Below the pieces are notes generated by a model. The model saw nothing but the letters and a program-made list of their open reading frames with translations. It had not been told where the DNA came from and did no database searches. Positions 29,958 through 39,398 of a DNA stretch of 64,000 nucleotides are shown here, one piece after another. The stretch spans positions 640,001-704,000 of the forward strand of contig CAXXVZ010000005.1 of assembly GCA_963678065.2 (NCBI GenBank), in the 5' to 3' direction. A program made the translations under genes and the position numbers. Source of the DNA: Treponemataceae bacterium. Its GTDB lineage: Bacteria; Spirochaetota; Spirochaetia; Treponematales; Rectinemataceae. Numbering within the stretch: the first letter of the stretch is position 1; each line of letters opens with the position of its first letter.

Positions 29958-31180
29958 AGCATGCTGAAATCGTCTATTACACCGGCACGGGCAACACGCT
30001 CCGCGCACTCACAATTGTCGCGCAGGAACTCGAAAAAAACGGATGGACCGTCTGTATGACGGACATCGGGACAGGCCAAGTCCCCGCCGCCCTGACGCGC
30101 ACTCCCGGATGGGCGCCGGACTCAGGCGACATGCTCATCGTCGGCTTCCCGACTCTGGGATTCTCGGCTCCGGCTTCGCTATTCCCGTATCTGGGACGTC
30201 TTTTGTGCGCAGGATCGGCCGCGGCGGCCCATGTGGCGTCTGAAGCGGCGATGCGGGCCGAATCGCCTGAGGCAGGTCCGCCGCAGACGGCGCTGCCTCA
30301 GGTGGCACTGCCGCAGGCAGCCATCCTCTGCGCCTGCGGATCGAGCGCGACGAAAGGCGGCAGGATAGTGAACGGATGGAGCGGAACCGCGTCACAGAAA
30401 GTGGCGTCCGAACTCTCGCGACTGGGTTACCAGACCGTCGCGAGCGCCGACATCTCCTACACGGAAAACTGGACTCAGGTCACCAGTCCGCAGGATGGAA
30501 AAATCCGCGAAGCCATGACTGCCAGGGGCGACGCCCAGGCGGCGGCATTCGGCGCCGATCTGGCCGCAGGACGATTTTGCAGGCTGAAGCGCGGACTCGC
30601 GGCAAAGGCCTTCGGGCAGCCGGTCGGATGGATATTCCGCACTCTCGCCCGCAAGGCCCTCGCGAGGATGTTCGGCGCCGACTCCTCGTGCACCGGCTGC
30701 GGCCTGTGCGCGCGCACCTGCCCCGCGGGCGGCATCGACATGAAGGGCGAAAGGCCGGCCTGGAATCTGAACTGCACTGCCTGCAACCGCTGCATCAACG
30801 CCTGCCCCACGCACTCCATACAGACCACGACCGCGCGGCTCGTCCTCATGGCGGGGCTCAACATATTCTTCTTGATAGCGTCCTGGCCTGCCGCGAAGGC
30901 CATCCTGCGGGCGCTGCTTCCCGCTCTCATGGGACAGCTCTCCGCGGGCGCCCCACCGGCGTTCCCGGGCGCAGGTCTCGCGGCATTCCTCCTCACCTTC
31001 GCGCTCGCCTTCGCCCTCTTCGCGCTCGCCACACTCTTCCAGGTCGGCCCCCTGGACGGGGTCCTGCGAGGCCTGGAGCGCAACTCCGTCACAGCCCGTC
31101 TCTTCGAAGCCTCGTACACGAAGAAATTCAGGCGATACCTCGCCCCCGGATTCAGGCCGGGCGAGAAACCCTACAGATAA
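29954..31180 (+). CDS. EFR1-family flavodoxin/ferredoxin fusion with C-terminal TM helices
   Basis: YYTGTGNT, GFPT, CTGCGLCARTCP and CTACNRCINACP (two 4Fe-4S); ATGA overlap. Confidence 0.85.
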   Translation: MKHAEIVYYTGTGNTLRALTIVAQELEKNGWTVCMTDIGTGQVPAALTRTPGWAPDSGDMLIVGFPTLGFSAPASLFPYLGRLLCAGSAAAAHVASEAAMRAESPEAGPPQTALPQVALPQAAILCACGSSATKGGRIVNGWSGTASQKVASELSRLGYQTVASADISYTENWTQVTSPQDGKIREAMTARGDAQAAAFGADLAAGRFCRLKRGLAAKAFGQPVGWIFRTLARKALARMFGADSSCTGCGLCARTCPAGGIDMKGERPAWNLNCTACNRCINACPTHSIQTTTARLVLMAGLNIFFLIASWPAAKAILRALLPALMGQLSAGAPPAFPGAGLAAFLLTFALAFALFALATLFQVGPLDGVLRGLERNSVTARLFEASYTKKFRRYLAPGFRPGEKPYR

Positions 31181-31328
31181 TCAGGATCAGAGTTCCGGAA
31201 ACTTTGCGAGTTCAGTGTCGCCCAACTCTGTCAGCTTGGAATACCTCATTTGTGGCATCTTCTGTTTACAATAGAGTTTCTATGGCATAGACTATAAAAA
31301 ACTAAACGCCGTCAGGAGGATTAAAGTT

Positions 31329-33146
31329 ATGAGAAAGACAATATTATTTATTATCTCATGCTTTATGCTGCTGTACGGAGCCATCGCCCAGACGAATGAC
31401 GAAAAAGCGCGAACTGCGTACATGTCCGCCATGGAATTGGTAAAAAACGCGAAGCATACAGAGGCGATCGCAAAATTCGACGAGACAATCCGTCTCCTCG
31501 GATCAACGAATGTCAAAATCCAGCCACAGCTTATCCGCTCGCTCGTGGCGATCAAGGATTTCCAGCGAGCCCGCGCGGAAATCGATATTTTCTTCGGCCT
31601 GAAACCGAATAAGTCCCTCGCCGATTACGCCGAGATAACTACTCTGTGCGATTCGCTCGACGCGATCCTTGCCAAAGAAGAATTGGCGTATAGAGCGGCG
31701 ATGGCTCAGAATGACGACAACCTGTACGCCGAATACCTCTCCGCCTATCCTTTCGGGCACTATGTTGAAGATGCAAAACAGAAACGCGACGACGCGGCCT
31801 TCTCTCGCGCAGCGGTCGATGCCTCAAGGAATTCTCTGACAGGGTATCTCGCAGCCTATCCTGCCGGTCTTCACGCACAGGAGGCGAAGGACAAAATCAC
31901 GGCCATTGAAAACGCCGCCTTCGATCGCGCCTCGGCTGAGAATACGTCCGTCGCGTGGGAGTTGTATATCAGGGAATACGCCGGCGGGTCGAGAATCGAC
32001 GATGCGAAGGTTCAGCTCGCCAAATCAAAAGAAGACGCCGCCTACCAGGCTGTGATCGGCAAGACGGAGGACAAGCCCTACGCCGACTATCTCGCCGCCT
32101 ATCCTGCGGGCCGTTATGCGATGGAAATAAAGAGCCTGCGGGACGATGCCGCGTTTTCCCGTGCATCGTACACGGGCACCTGGGAAGGGCTCTGGGCTTA
32201 CGTCGATGTGTACCCCGCAGGTCGTCATATCGGCGACGCAAAAGCCAGGATTGGCAACTTGGAGACCGCCGCCTTCGCCTCGGCAACCTCGGCCAACACC
32301 CCTCAAGCCTGGGAAACGTTCATTAGTAAATATGCACGGGGCGCAAAACTCGCCGAAGCGAAAAAAAAATTGGCTGAAGCGAAGGAATACTCGCTCTATA
32401 AGCTGACGCTGAACCAGACCGAGGACAAGCCCTTCGCCGACTACTTGTCATCATATCCGAACGGGAGATACGCGCAGGACTCGAGAAACGGCAGAGACGA
32501 CGCCGCGTACGCCCGAGCGAGAAAACCGAACACCTGGGAATCGATATGGGCCTACATCGACGCGTTTCCTTCGGGCCGCCACGCGAATGAGGCTCGCGAG
32601 ATCATACGTTTATCCGATAATCGCTTTTTTTCTGAGGCAACCACCACGAACACTCTCTTTTCCTATGACTACTATATAAAAACGTACTGGAGAGGCCAGC
32701 ATGTGACCGAGGCTCGCGCGAAACAGGAACAACTGCGCGCGACGCTCGCCGCGATGGAGAAACAGAAAAAAACCGAGGAACTGAACGCGGAAATCTCAAA
32801 GTATTCATCGACGGCATCCGGAAAATATTTCCTCGGCGGAATCGAGCTTGTCGGAGGTCTCGGACTGGTCTACGCACTATACGAGATGAGCTTCGGCTCG
32901 CTCAGCACCAGCGATTCAGTTTTAAAATACCCCGCGATGGGTGCAGCCGTCGGATTCGCTCCGTTTCTTTTCATAAAGGCTTCCCACAACTTCAAAGATG
33001 GAGCAGCCTATTCGCGGCTGGCTAAGGAATCGAAAGACAAACTGAGCCGCCTGTCGTTTTCCATCGACGTCTCGAACCATGGAAACAGAAACTCCCCGAA
33101 GAATGTCGATGTGGGCTTCTCCATCGTGGTGCCTCTGGAATATTGA
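31329..33146 (+). CDS. Exported alpha-helical repeat protein
   Basis: AGGAGG RBS, Sec signal, TPR-like N-terminus, nine Y..YL..YP.G.H/Y-type repeats, C-terminal hydrophobic segments ending in Tyr. Confidence 0.85.
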   Translation: MRKTILFIISCFMLLYGAIAQTNDEKARTAYMSAMELVKNAKHTEAIAKFDETIRLLGSTNVKIQPQLIRSLVAIKDFQRARAEIDIFFGLKPNKSLADYAEITTLCDSLDAILAKEELAYRAAMAQNDDNLYAEYLSAYPFGHYVEDAKQKRDDAAFSRAAVDASRNSLTGYLAAYPAGLHAQEAKDKITAIENAAFDRASAENTSVAWELYIREYAGGSRIDDAKVQLAKSKEDAAYQAVIGKTEDKPYADYLAAYPAGRYAMEIKSLRDDAAFSRASYTGTWEGLWAYVDVYPAGRHIGDAKARIGNLETAAFASATSANTPQAWETFISKYARGAKLAEAKKKLAEAKEYSLYKLTLNQTEDKPFADYLSSYPNGRYAQDSRNGRDDAAYARARKPNTWESIWAYIDAFPSGRHANEAREIIRLSDNRFFSEATTTNTLFSYDYYIKTYWRGQHVTEARAKQEQLRATLAAMEKQKKTEELNAEISKYSSTASGKYFLGGIELVGGLGLVYALYEMSFGSLSTSDSVLKYPAMGAAVGFAPFLFIKASHNFKDGAAYSRLAKESKDKLSRLSFSIDVSNHGNRNSPKNVDVGFSIVVPLEY

Positions 33147-33249
33147 TGCGGCGCCTCCTTCCAAGAGCGCCGCATCATGGCATGGCCCGCGATATCACCA
33201 CAGGCTGTCGCACCCGTGACAGGGAAGATTTCCCTCGCAGCCTGCCGCT

Positions 33250-33314
33250 CCGCTCAAGACCTTCGATATGGAAACGAACAAGCGCGACGAGCCGGTCCGC
33301 GCGCAGTCGGGCGG
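33250..33314. repeat. 65-bp element downstream of the FGE-like gene, repeated at 39334-39398
   Basis: CCGCTCAAGACCTTCGATATGGAAACGA(a/t)CAAGCG(c/a)GACGAGCCGGTCCGCGCGCAGTCGGGCGG; 2 mismatches between copies. Confidence 0.9.
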
Positions 33315-33373
33315 GCCTCCCCTGCCTCTTCGGACCTCATCCTTCGGTCCTCTCAGGCAGGTTCTGCCCGCCC
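33309..33373 (-). other. Long GC hairpin/cruciform 3' of the variable repeat (candidate DGR target-recognition element)
   Basis: Three stacked perfect stems GGGCGGGC/GCCCGCCC, CCTGCCT/AGGCAGG and GGACC/GGTCC separated by 4x4 internal loops; starts about 32 nt after the stop; no U-tract. Confidence 0.65.
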
Positions 33374-33405
33374 TCCACCCCCTTCCTTGAGCCCGCACCC
33401 GAACT

Positions 33406-35223
33406 TCAGGGACGACGGGCCAGGCGGAACCCCAGAATATTGCACCTGTAGTCCGGGTAGTAGTAGTTCCGATAGGCCGACCGGCAGCACTCAGCACTGC
33501 CGTACCAGTTGCCGCCGCGATACACGCGGTAGTCGCCAGAGGACGCGCCCATGGGGTCGGTCTGGGCGCCTGATCCATATCTTCCATACCAGTCATGGCA
33601 CCACTCATATACATTCCCGCTCATGTCGTAGAGCCCAAGCTCGTTCGGCGCCTTCGTTCCCACAGCATGCGTCGTTCTCCCCGAATTGCCATTGTACCAA
33701 GCCACCGGGCCAGAATCGTTCGACCCCGCATAGGTATATCCTTTCGACAGCTTCCCCCCGCGGGCCGCGTACTCCCACTCCGCCTCCGTAGGCAGCCGGT
33801 ACCCCTTCCTCGTGAAGTCCGCGTTTACGCTTCCGCCATATATTGTGTATACTTTCTCCAGACCTTTCTTCTCCGATAGCCAGTTGCAGTATGCCACCGC
33901 GTCGTTCCAACTCACGCATACGATCGGGCTTGTCTCCCCCTGCTCAAAGTACGGATTCTTCCATGTTGCGTCCTTTTGCTTCTCCCATCTAGATCCTGTC
34001 AACACATATGAACCATCCCCCCGCTCTGCCTCCGTCCGATAGCCAGTCGCCTCCACAAACTTCCGGAAATTCCCCACTTTCACCTCGTATTTTCCCATAT
34101 AGAACGGCGATACCGTCACCTGATGCGCTTGCTCATCCGAGCCGCCGGATACCGATCCCATCTGGAAAGTACCACCCTCCACGAACACCTCATCCGCGGC
34201 CGCGCGTTCCTCAGGCTTCGGCGTCTTCGCAAGCGCGTCCCGCTTCTTCCCGATCGCCAGATCCACCTTCTTCCTCTCCGCCGCGATCGTCTGTCTCGCC
34301 GCTTCCAGCTCCTTCTCCGCCTTCTCGATCCCGTGCTTCTCTCCCTCCACCCACTCGCGCTTCGTCCTGTCTTCTCCCGTGTCCGTATTCGCCGGCGTCC
34401 CCCAGAAGTCCGCTTCTTCCGCCTTCTTCCTCTCTTCCTCCTTCGCCGCCAATACGCTCTCTTCCTTCCTCACCTCCGCTTTCCACTCCTCGATCGCTTT
34501 CTGCTCCAAGCCCCACAGCCACTCGTGCACCGCGCTCAGGTCAAAGCTCACCTTGCGCACCTTCAGTTTCCCATCATAGTCACCGATCCTGAATCCCTTC
34601 TTTACCAGCGCCTTTGCGTCCTCTATCCTCACCCCCAACACCCCAACTCCCCCGCTTCCCCCATCTCCTGTCTTGAACAACTCCGACCACTCCGGTCTTC
34701 CGGGTACATTGAAGCTGAAGTATTCCTTCTGCTGACCAGCGTTCTTTTCCTTGAACGTTCTCCATTCAGGCGTTTCTGTCCCCCCTGATCCTGTCGAGTG
34801 CAGCAATGGTTTCGCGAACACTCCAGGATCGAGCATCAATCCTTCGCGACTCCACACTTCCCCATAGAGTTCCACGTTGTATACCCTGATCTTTTCCAAC
34901 ACCTCCACCGGGACCTCAGGGCTCCCCGTGTAGCGCTTGATCCATTTCGGCAATCGCACTACCGAGGTTCCCTTCCACTCATTCCACGCAGCGGTGCTGT
35001 CCACGACCGGTTCGCCCATCAGCGTCCACACCTTCCAGTTCACCAGAAATGTTGCACCCCTGTCGAGATTCAATCCTGTACCATCTTCCAAAGACTCTAC
35101 TCTCGCCCATGAAGTCCCTGACACCTCTTCCGCTCCGGCGATCGCCACCCTTGCCATAGTCATTGTCAGGGCCAGCAGCACCACCACCCCCCTCGTCGAT
35201 CGTTTTGACTTCATCGCTTCCAT
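33406..35223 (-). CDS. Exported FGE-sulfatase (SUMF1)-domain, CLec-fold protein; probable DGR target
   Basis: Signal peptide, coiled coil, then GGTFQMGS, VSWNDAVAYCNWLS, YRLPTEAEWEYAARGG, NELGLYDMSGNVYEWC, RGG.W, GFR at the extreme C-terminus; ATG 35223 behind GGGGAGG. Confidence 0.9.
   Translation of the reverse strand: MEAMKSKRSTRGVVVLLALTMTMARVAIAGAEEVSGTSWARVESLEDGTGLNLDRGATFLVNWKVWTLMGEPVVDSTAAWNEWKGTSVVRLPKWIKRYTGSPEVPVEVLEKIRVYNVELYGEVWSREGLMLDPGVFAKPLLHSTGSGGTETPEWRTFKEKNAGQQKEYFSFNVPGRPEWSELFKTGDGGSGGVGVLGVRIEDAKALVKKGFRIGDYDGKLKVRKVSFDLSAVHEWLWGLEQKAIEEWKAEVRKEESVLAAKEEERKKAEEADFWGTPANTDTGEDRTKREWVEGEKHGIEKAEKELEAARQTIAAERKKVDLAIGKKRDALAKTPKPEERAAADEVFVEGGTFQMGSVSGGSDEQAHQVTVSPFYMGKYEVKVGNFRKFVEATGYRTEAERGDGSYVLTGSRWEKQKDATWKNPYFEQGETSPIVCVSWNDAVAYCNWLSEKKGLEKVYTIYGGSVNADFTRKGYRLPTEAEWEYAARGGKLSKGYTYAGSNDSGPVAWYNGNSGRTTHAVGTKAPNELGLYDMSGNVYEWCHDWYGRYGSGAQTDPMGASSGDYRVYRGGNWYGSAECCRSAYRNYYYPDYRCNILGFRLARRP
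33423..33565 (-). repeat. DGR-like variable repeat VR1
   Basis: Ungapped match to 39394-39536 with 20 substitutions, 19 of them at codon positions 1-2. Confidence 0.85.
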
Positions 35224-35312
35224 GCCGGCCTCCCCCAATCCCTTGTTGACTGTTTGTGTCACTACTCAAGCATCATTCTTATTGTTCATTTTTATTGACA
35301 ATATGCACGTTA

Positions 35313-36620
35313 GGCATCGCGCCAAAATAATTTGACTGCTTTTATTCTTTAGTCGGAAGCAAAGCATAGTTCCAATCGCCATGGAATTTTGCCTGCTTAA
35401 TGTTCAGGGCAGCAAGTTCTTCATCACTAACCTTGATCCCGAGTGGATACGAACCTGAATCCAATTCTGCGCATATTTTCAGTCCCGCTGCAGTGGTTGT
35501 ATTTGCAATCAATTGAATAATTACCTCGTGGCTAATCAACGGTCGGCCTCGCCAGTTCTGAGTGATATGGCAAAACATTCGGTGCTCGATTTTATTCCAT
35601 TTGCTGGTACCTGGTGGAAAGTGACACACGTGAATTGACATTCCAAGCTGATTCGCTAATTCGTGCAATGCAAGTTTCCAGAGCCGACATCGACTACCGT
35701 TGCTGCCACCACCATCAGCGGTAATCAGCAATTCTTTTGCAGTACGATACCGTTTCACACCCATTTTTTCCCACCAACGTCGGATGGCTTCGGCAGCAAA
35801 ATGTGCGGTATCGTGGTCGATTCCTACACTGACCCAGCCCTTGTTTTCGCTTATATCGAAGACTCCGTATGGTATGGCCTTGCCCAGCTCTGTATCAATG
35901 AAGTCATGAACCATTACAGATTCCGGTTCACCTTTGGGACGCCATTCTCGTCCTCCATTTCGAAATTCCCCAATCAATTCTTTCTTTTTCGTATCTACCG
36001 AGATAACTGGATTCCCTTTACGCTGAAACCGCTTGACCATGGTGTTGATATACTCAAACTGCGCATTTCGATCCGGATGCGACGTTCCTTCTTTGGTCTT
36101 CCGATTGCTCTGTAGACTGTAGCCTTCCGCGTTCAGTAGCCGTCCAACCGTGCGCGGGCTTACTGTGTGCCCTTGTCGTGTAAGCGTATCTGCAAGATTA
36201 CTGGTGCTCAGGCACGTCCACTGTAGTGGCGACTCTGGATCACCCCGTGTCATTGGTTCAATTAAGCTCGTAAGTTTTTCCCTTAACTCGGGATCGTTTT
36301 CACTGCATCGTTTTCTTCCACCGCCTGGGAAACGTACGCGAGTGCGTATCTTCTCGTGCGGATTACTTTCGCGTAATGCCAGCTCATTCATTCCTTTGCG
36401 TATTGTGTTCGGCGACATCTTAATCGCGGTATTGACTGCCTGTATCCCACCACGACCATACGCTCTTGCTTCAGCCGCCGCCCATTGACGTCGCATTCGT
36501 TCATCCATCATGGGCACAAGTGCGTTGTACTTGGAAGCTATTTGTTTTACCGTTGCCTGATCTTGCATACTTCATTATAATATAATCAATATATTAGTCA
36601 AGTTATTTTGACGCATTGCC
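35313..36620 (-). mobile_element. ISAzo13-family insertion sequence (1308 bp)
   Basis: 25-bp terminal IRs GGCATCGCGCCAAAATAATTTGACT / GGCAATGCGTCAAAATAACTTGACT (4 mismatches), flanked by TTA duplication (35310-35312, 36621-36623). Confidence 0.9.
35342..36568 (-). CDS. ISAzo13-family DDE transposase
   Basis: TRGDPESPLQWT, HPDRNAQF, ISVDTKKKE, ADGGGSN, PPGTSKWNKIEHR, FHGDWNY. Confidence 0.95.
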   Translation of the reverse strand: MQDQATVKQIASKYNALVPMMDERMRRQWAAAEARAYGRGGIQAVNTAIKMSPNTIRKGMNELALRESNPHEKIRTRVRFPGGGRKRCSENDPELREKLTSLIEPMTRGDPESPLQWTCLSTSNLADTLTRQGHTVSPRTVGRLLNAEGYSLQSNRKTKEGTSHPDRNAQFEYINTMVKRFQRKGNPVISVDTKKKELIGEFRNGGREWRPKGEPESVMVHDFIDTELGKAIPYGVFDISENKGWVSVGIDHDTAHFAAEAIRRWWEKMGVKRYRTAKELLITADGGGSNGSRCRLWKLALHELANQLGMSIHVCHFPPGTSKWNKIEHRMFCHITQNWRGRPLISHEVIIQLIANTTTAAGLKICAELDSGSYPLGIKVSDEELAALNIKQAKFHGDWNYALLPTKE

Positions 36621-36730
36621 TTAGTATGTCGATGCCCAGACAAACGACGAAACGATATATAAATATGAACCTTCCATCGGAGACGAGATCGGCTGCCAGG
36701 CAATCGCTTGTGGTACTTCGTGACGATCCG

Positions 36731-36766
36731 CAGGATGTGAGGTCTCGAAGGAGGCCTCACATCCTG
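36731..36766. terminator. 16-bp stem-loop downstream of the C45 peptidase gene
   Basis: CAGGATGTGAGGTCTC-gaag-GAGGCCTCACATCCTG. Confidence 0.5.
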
Positions 36767-36858
36767 TTCTCTGATTCATGGACGCTTCACGAGGATACTC
36801 GTCAGATGAATGGGTTCTTTCCCTCCAACCTGTCATCTATCGGGCTCCTGTTCCGGAC

Positions 36859-38538
36859 TCAGATATAGTTGGAAAGATGAATTGTGACCCAATCATCAGA
36901 GTAGTATCCAAAGTGACTGGTCATTATCTTGTCTGTTAAATCACATAGACTGACACTGCCCTTGATTTCTTTCTCAGATCCGCCGTAGTAGGCTCCATAT
37001 TTGCCCTGAGGGTTTAAAAAATCGATCAGTGTTTTCGCCGCATCCCAATCGATTTCTCCATATACCTCCAAGCATTCTCTGTTCAATGTATCATACCTCC
37101 AGATGATATCTGCCATATTTTCTACGGCAAGTTCATTGGTATAGCGGTGCATCGCGCAGATACGCATTTCAGGTATTAAAAACATATTACTAACAACTAC
37201 AAGATCATCATACTGCTCGCGTTGTGGATGGAAGTATAAACCCTCATGCACATTATCGTCCTTTATCCAGGACTTGTTGATCATATCATTGACTCCAAAC
37301 ATATTCTCATTATATATATATCCAAATATATTAAATAAATCCTTATTGCAGTTCAAATATGCAGAAGGATATTTCCAGTCATTCCATCGTTCATACAATC
37401 CCTGATTTGAAGGGACTATTTCAGGAAGTCGAGCTTTCTCAAGAATGTTTTCCACTTTACCATGGCGTGGTATACGTGCTAAATAATCATGCGGATCGAG
37501 CTCGGCATCTTTTTGACCAGACTCAACGATGACCGCAGTATTTGTCGATCCGTCTCCTACCGGATATAGCCAGGATGCACCTCGCTGTGAGTCGACAATC
37601 GCGTCAACAACAGATTGCGCATTTTTCCCGACTGACAAGGCATGCCTTACCATAAGTAATGATCCTATTCCGGGCCTCATGGGATCACACAAAACAGAGG
37701 GAACCATATCGACTCCCATTGCGACACCGCTCCTGTTCATACCCGTGATACTGCCAACGAATCCAGGAGCTGTCTGGCTCACAAGTGGAATTTGATCCCC
37801 TTGGGGATTATATATTATTATGCAAGCTAAATCCTGGAACACCTTGGCATTGCTGAATTGAAAATCTCTGCCAAAATAGAAATGCTTGTTTTTTGTCGCA
37901 TTTTTGAACGCCGCAAAGGCGTTACATCCAAGGGGTAAACGAAAATTGTTTGGACCTGTCTCTATCCGGCAATCTCTCTCGCCAGGTGGAAGCATGTCTA
38001 CATAATCTTTTCGAATTCGAGCCAACCCCGCGTTCGTGTAAACCACAGCGACAAGAAAATCAATTCCAACATTTAGTAAGAACAGATTTTCGTAGCTTAC
38101 TCTTGTGTGAGGATTAATCTCCTTGCAGCCAGCAGCCATCCCGCGCATCTCATCATGAAGCTCTTGTGGAATATCTCCCATGTTTTCATTTAAACTGTAA
38201 GTATTCCAACAACTATTTTTAACCGCCCATAAAAGCATTTTGAAAATAAAATCATTTTCTTTCCGTAAAAAATCAGGGATTATATTTTCCATGTATGTAC
38301 TCGTCATTATGCTGATTTCTTTTTCGAGTAATTCACCGATAAGAAATCCCATTTGATAGTTTGTCCCTTCCACATAGATGACTTTCTTTTCTACCTGTTC
38401 GCCATCCCTGGTTCTGTTAGTAGTGGTTTTCGCCAATATTCCCCTTCCCTGATTCCCATTGCAGAAAACAGTTTTCACACCAACAGGCGTCAACCCATCA
38501 GCTCTAAACGCATCATAAATCTCATCATTTGTTTTCAT
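36859..38538 (-). CDS. C45-family autoproteolytic Ntn-hydrolase (acyltransferase/peptidase)
   Basis: EMRGMAAG, G|CNAFAA..AT....YFGRDF, PGFVGSITGMNRSGV; CAGGAGG RBS; visibly AT-rich. Confidence 0.8.
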   Translation of the reverse strand: MKTNDEIYDAFRADGLTPVGVKTVFCNGNQGRGILAKTTTNRTRDGEQVEKKVIYVEGTNYQMGFLIGELLEKEISIMTSTYMENIIPDFLRKENDFIFKMLLWAVKNSCWNTYSLNENMGDIPQELHDEMRGMAAGCKEINPHTRVSYENLFLLNVGIDFLVAVVYTNAGLARIRKDYVDMLPPGERDCRIETGPNNFRLPLGCNAFAAFKNATKNKHFYFGRDFQFSNAKVFQDLACIIIYNPQGDQIPLVSQTAPGFVGSITGMNRSGVAMGVDMVPSVLCDPMRPGIGSLLMVRHALSVGKNAQSVVDAIVDSQRGASWLYPVGDGSTNTAVIVESGQKDAELDPHDYLARIPRHGKVENILEKARLPEIVPSNQGLYERWNDWKYPSAYLNCNKDLFNIFGYIYNENMFGVNDMINKSWIKDDNVHEGLYFHPQREQYDDLVVVSNMFLIPEMRICAMHRYTNELAVENMADIIWRYDTLNRECLEVYGEIDWDAAKTLIDFLNPQGKYGAYYGGSEKEIKGSVSLCDLTDKIMTSHFGYYSDDWVTIHLSNYI

Positions 38539-39333
38539 GTGAACCTCCTGAAACAGGTAAAGCATCCCACTGACCACTCAACCGCAGACCCACATAATTC
38601 GTGACAAAAAATAAATACACTTTCCGGAACTGCAATCATGCTCACAAGTCTCACGACGGGGTACTGCGTTTCACATCGTGGAGTAAAACTAGGAAGTTTT
38701 TGAAATGCTTGAGTTCGCTTTTCAAAGCTGCGTTTTATCAGAGAAACAGTATTCCTGCAAGAAATTATCCGATGCAAAACATCAACCCGCTCATCGGAGT
38801 GAACCCATGTTTGATTATCAATCCTAATTTAACTTAAGTAAATGATTATATTTTATATTTACATATCACAGGATAGTGGTTTAGGACAAGTCTTCGCCAG
38901 AGTCTTTATCTCTGCTTCAGAGCGCGCGCACTAGACGAAATCCGATATAGCCTCGCCGGTACGATAAGATCATGTGGTGCCGATCACTGCTCCATATAAA
39001 CAGCACCATGCCGTCAGATGCCTCTCCGATACAAGATTGATGTCACGGGACGCCAAATCACTGTAGCGTCAGCCGCAATAAAACGCGCACCGCTACTTGC
39101 CCCTTCCTTATATCAGCCTGGCAAGCGCTTCCGGTCTATCCCGCACCGACGCTGGCAAATTGACTGGCTTCCAGTCTACAAGGCAAATCCCATTCACTAC
39201 GGTGCGCCCGTTACGGAGTGCGGCGGGGCAGACAAGAGCGCGGGTGAAACCTGCTCCATCCTTCACGACGGCTATCTCGTTGGCTACATGGCCACGAAGC
39301 GTCAAATCGATCGTTTTAAAGAAGTGTATCGTC

Positions 39334-39398
39334 CCGCTCAAGACCTTCGATATGGAAACGATCAAGCGAGACGAGCCGGTCCGCGCGCAGTCGGGCGG
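39334..39398. repeat. Second copy of the 65-bp downstream element
   Basis: Matches 33250-33314 and joins directly onto VR2 through GGCGG. Confidence 0.9.

Noticed and set aside
33406..35223. True formylglycine-generating enzyme
   Set aside because: Lacks the catalytic RGGS..C....C..YR motif, no sulfatase nearby, and the Cys residues lie in the variable region.
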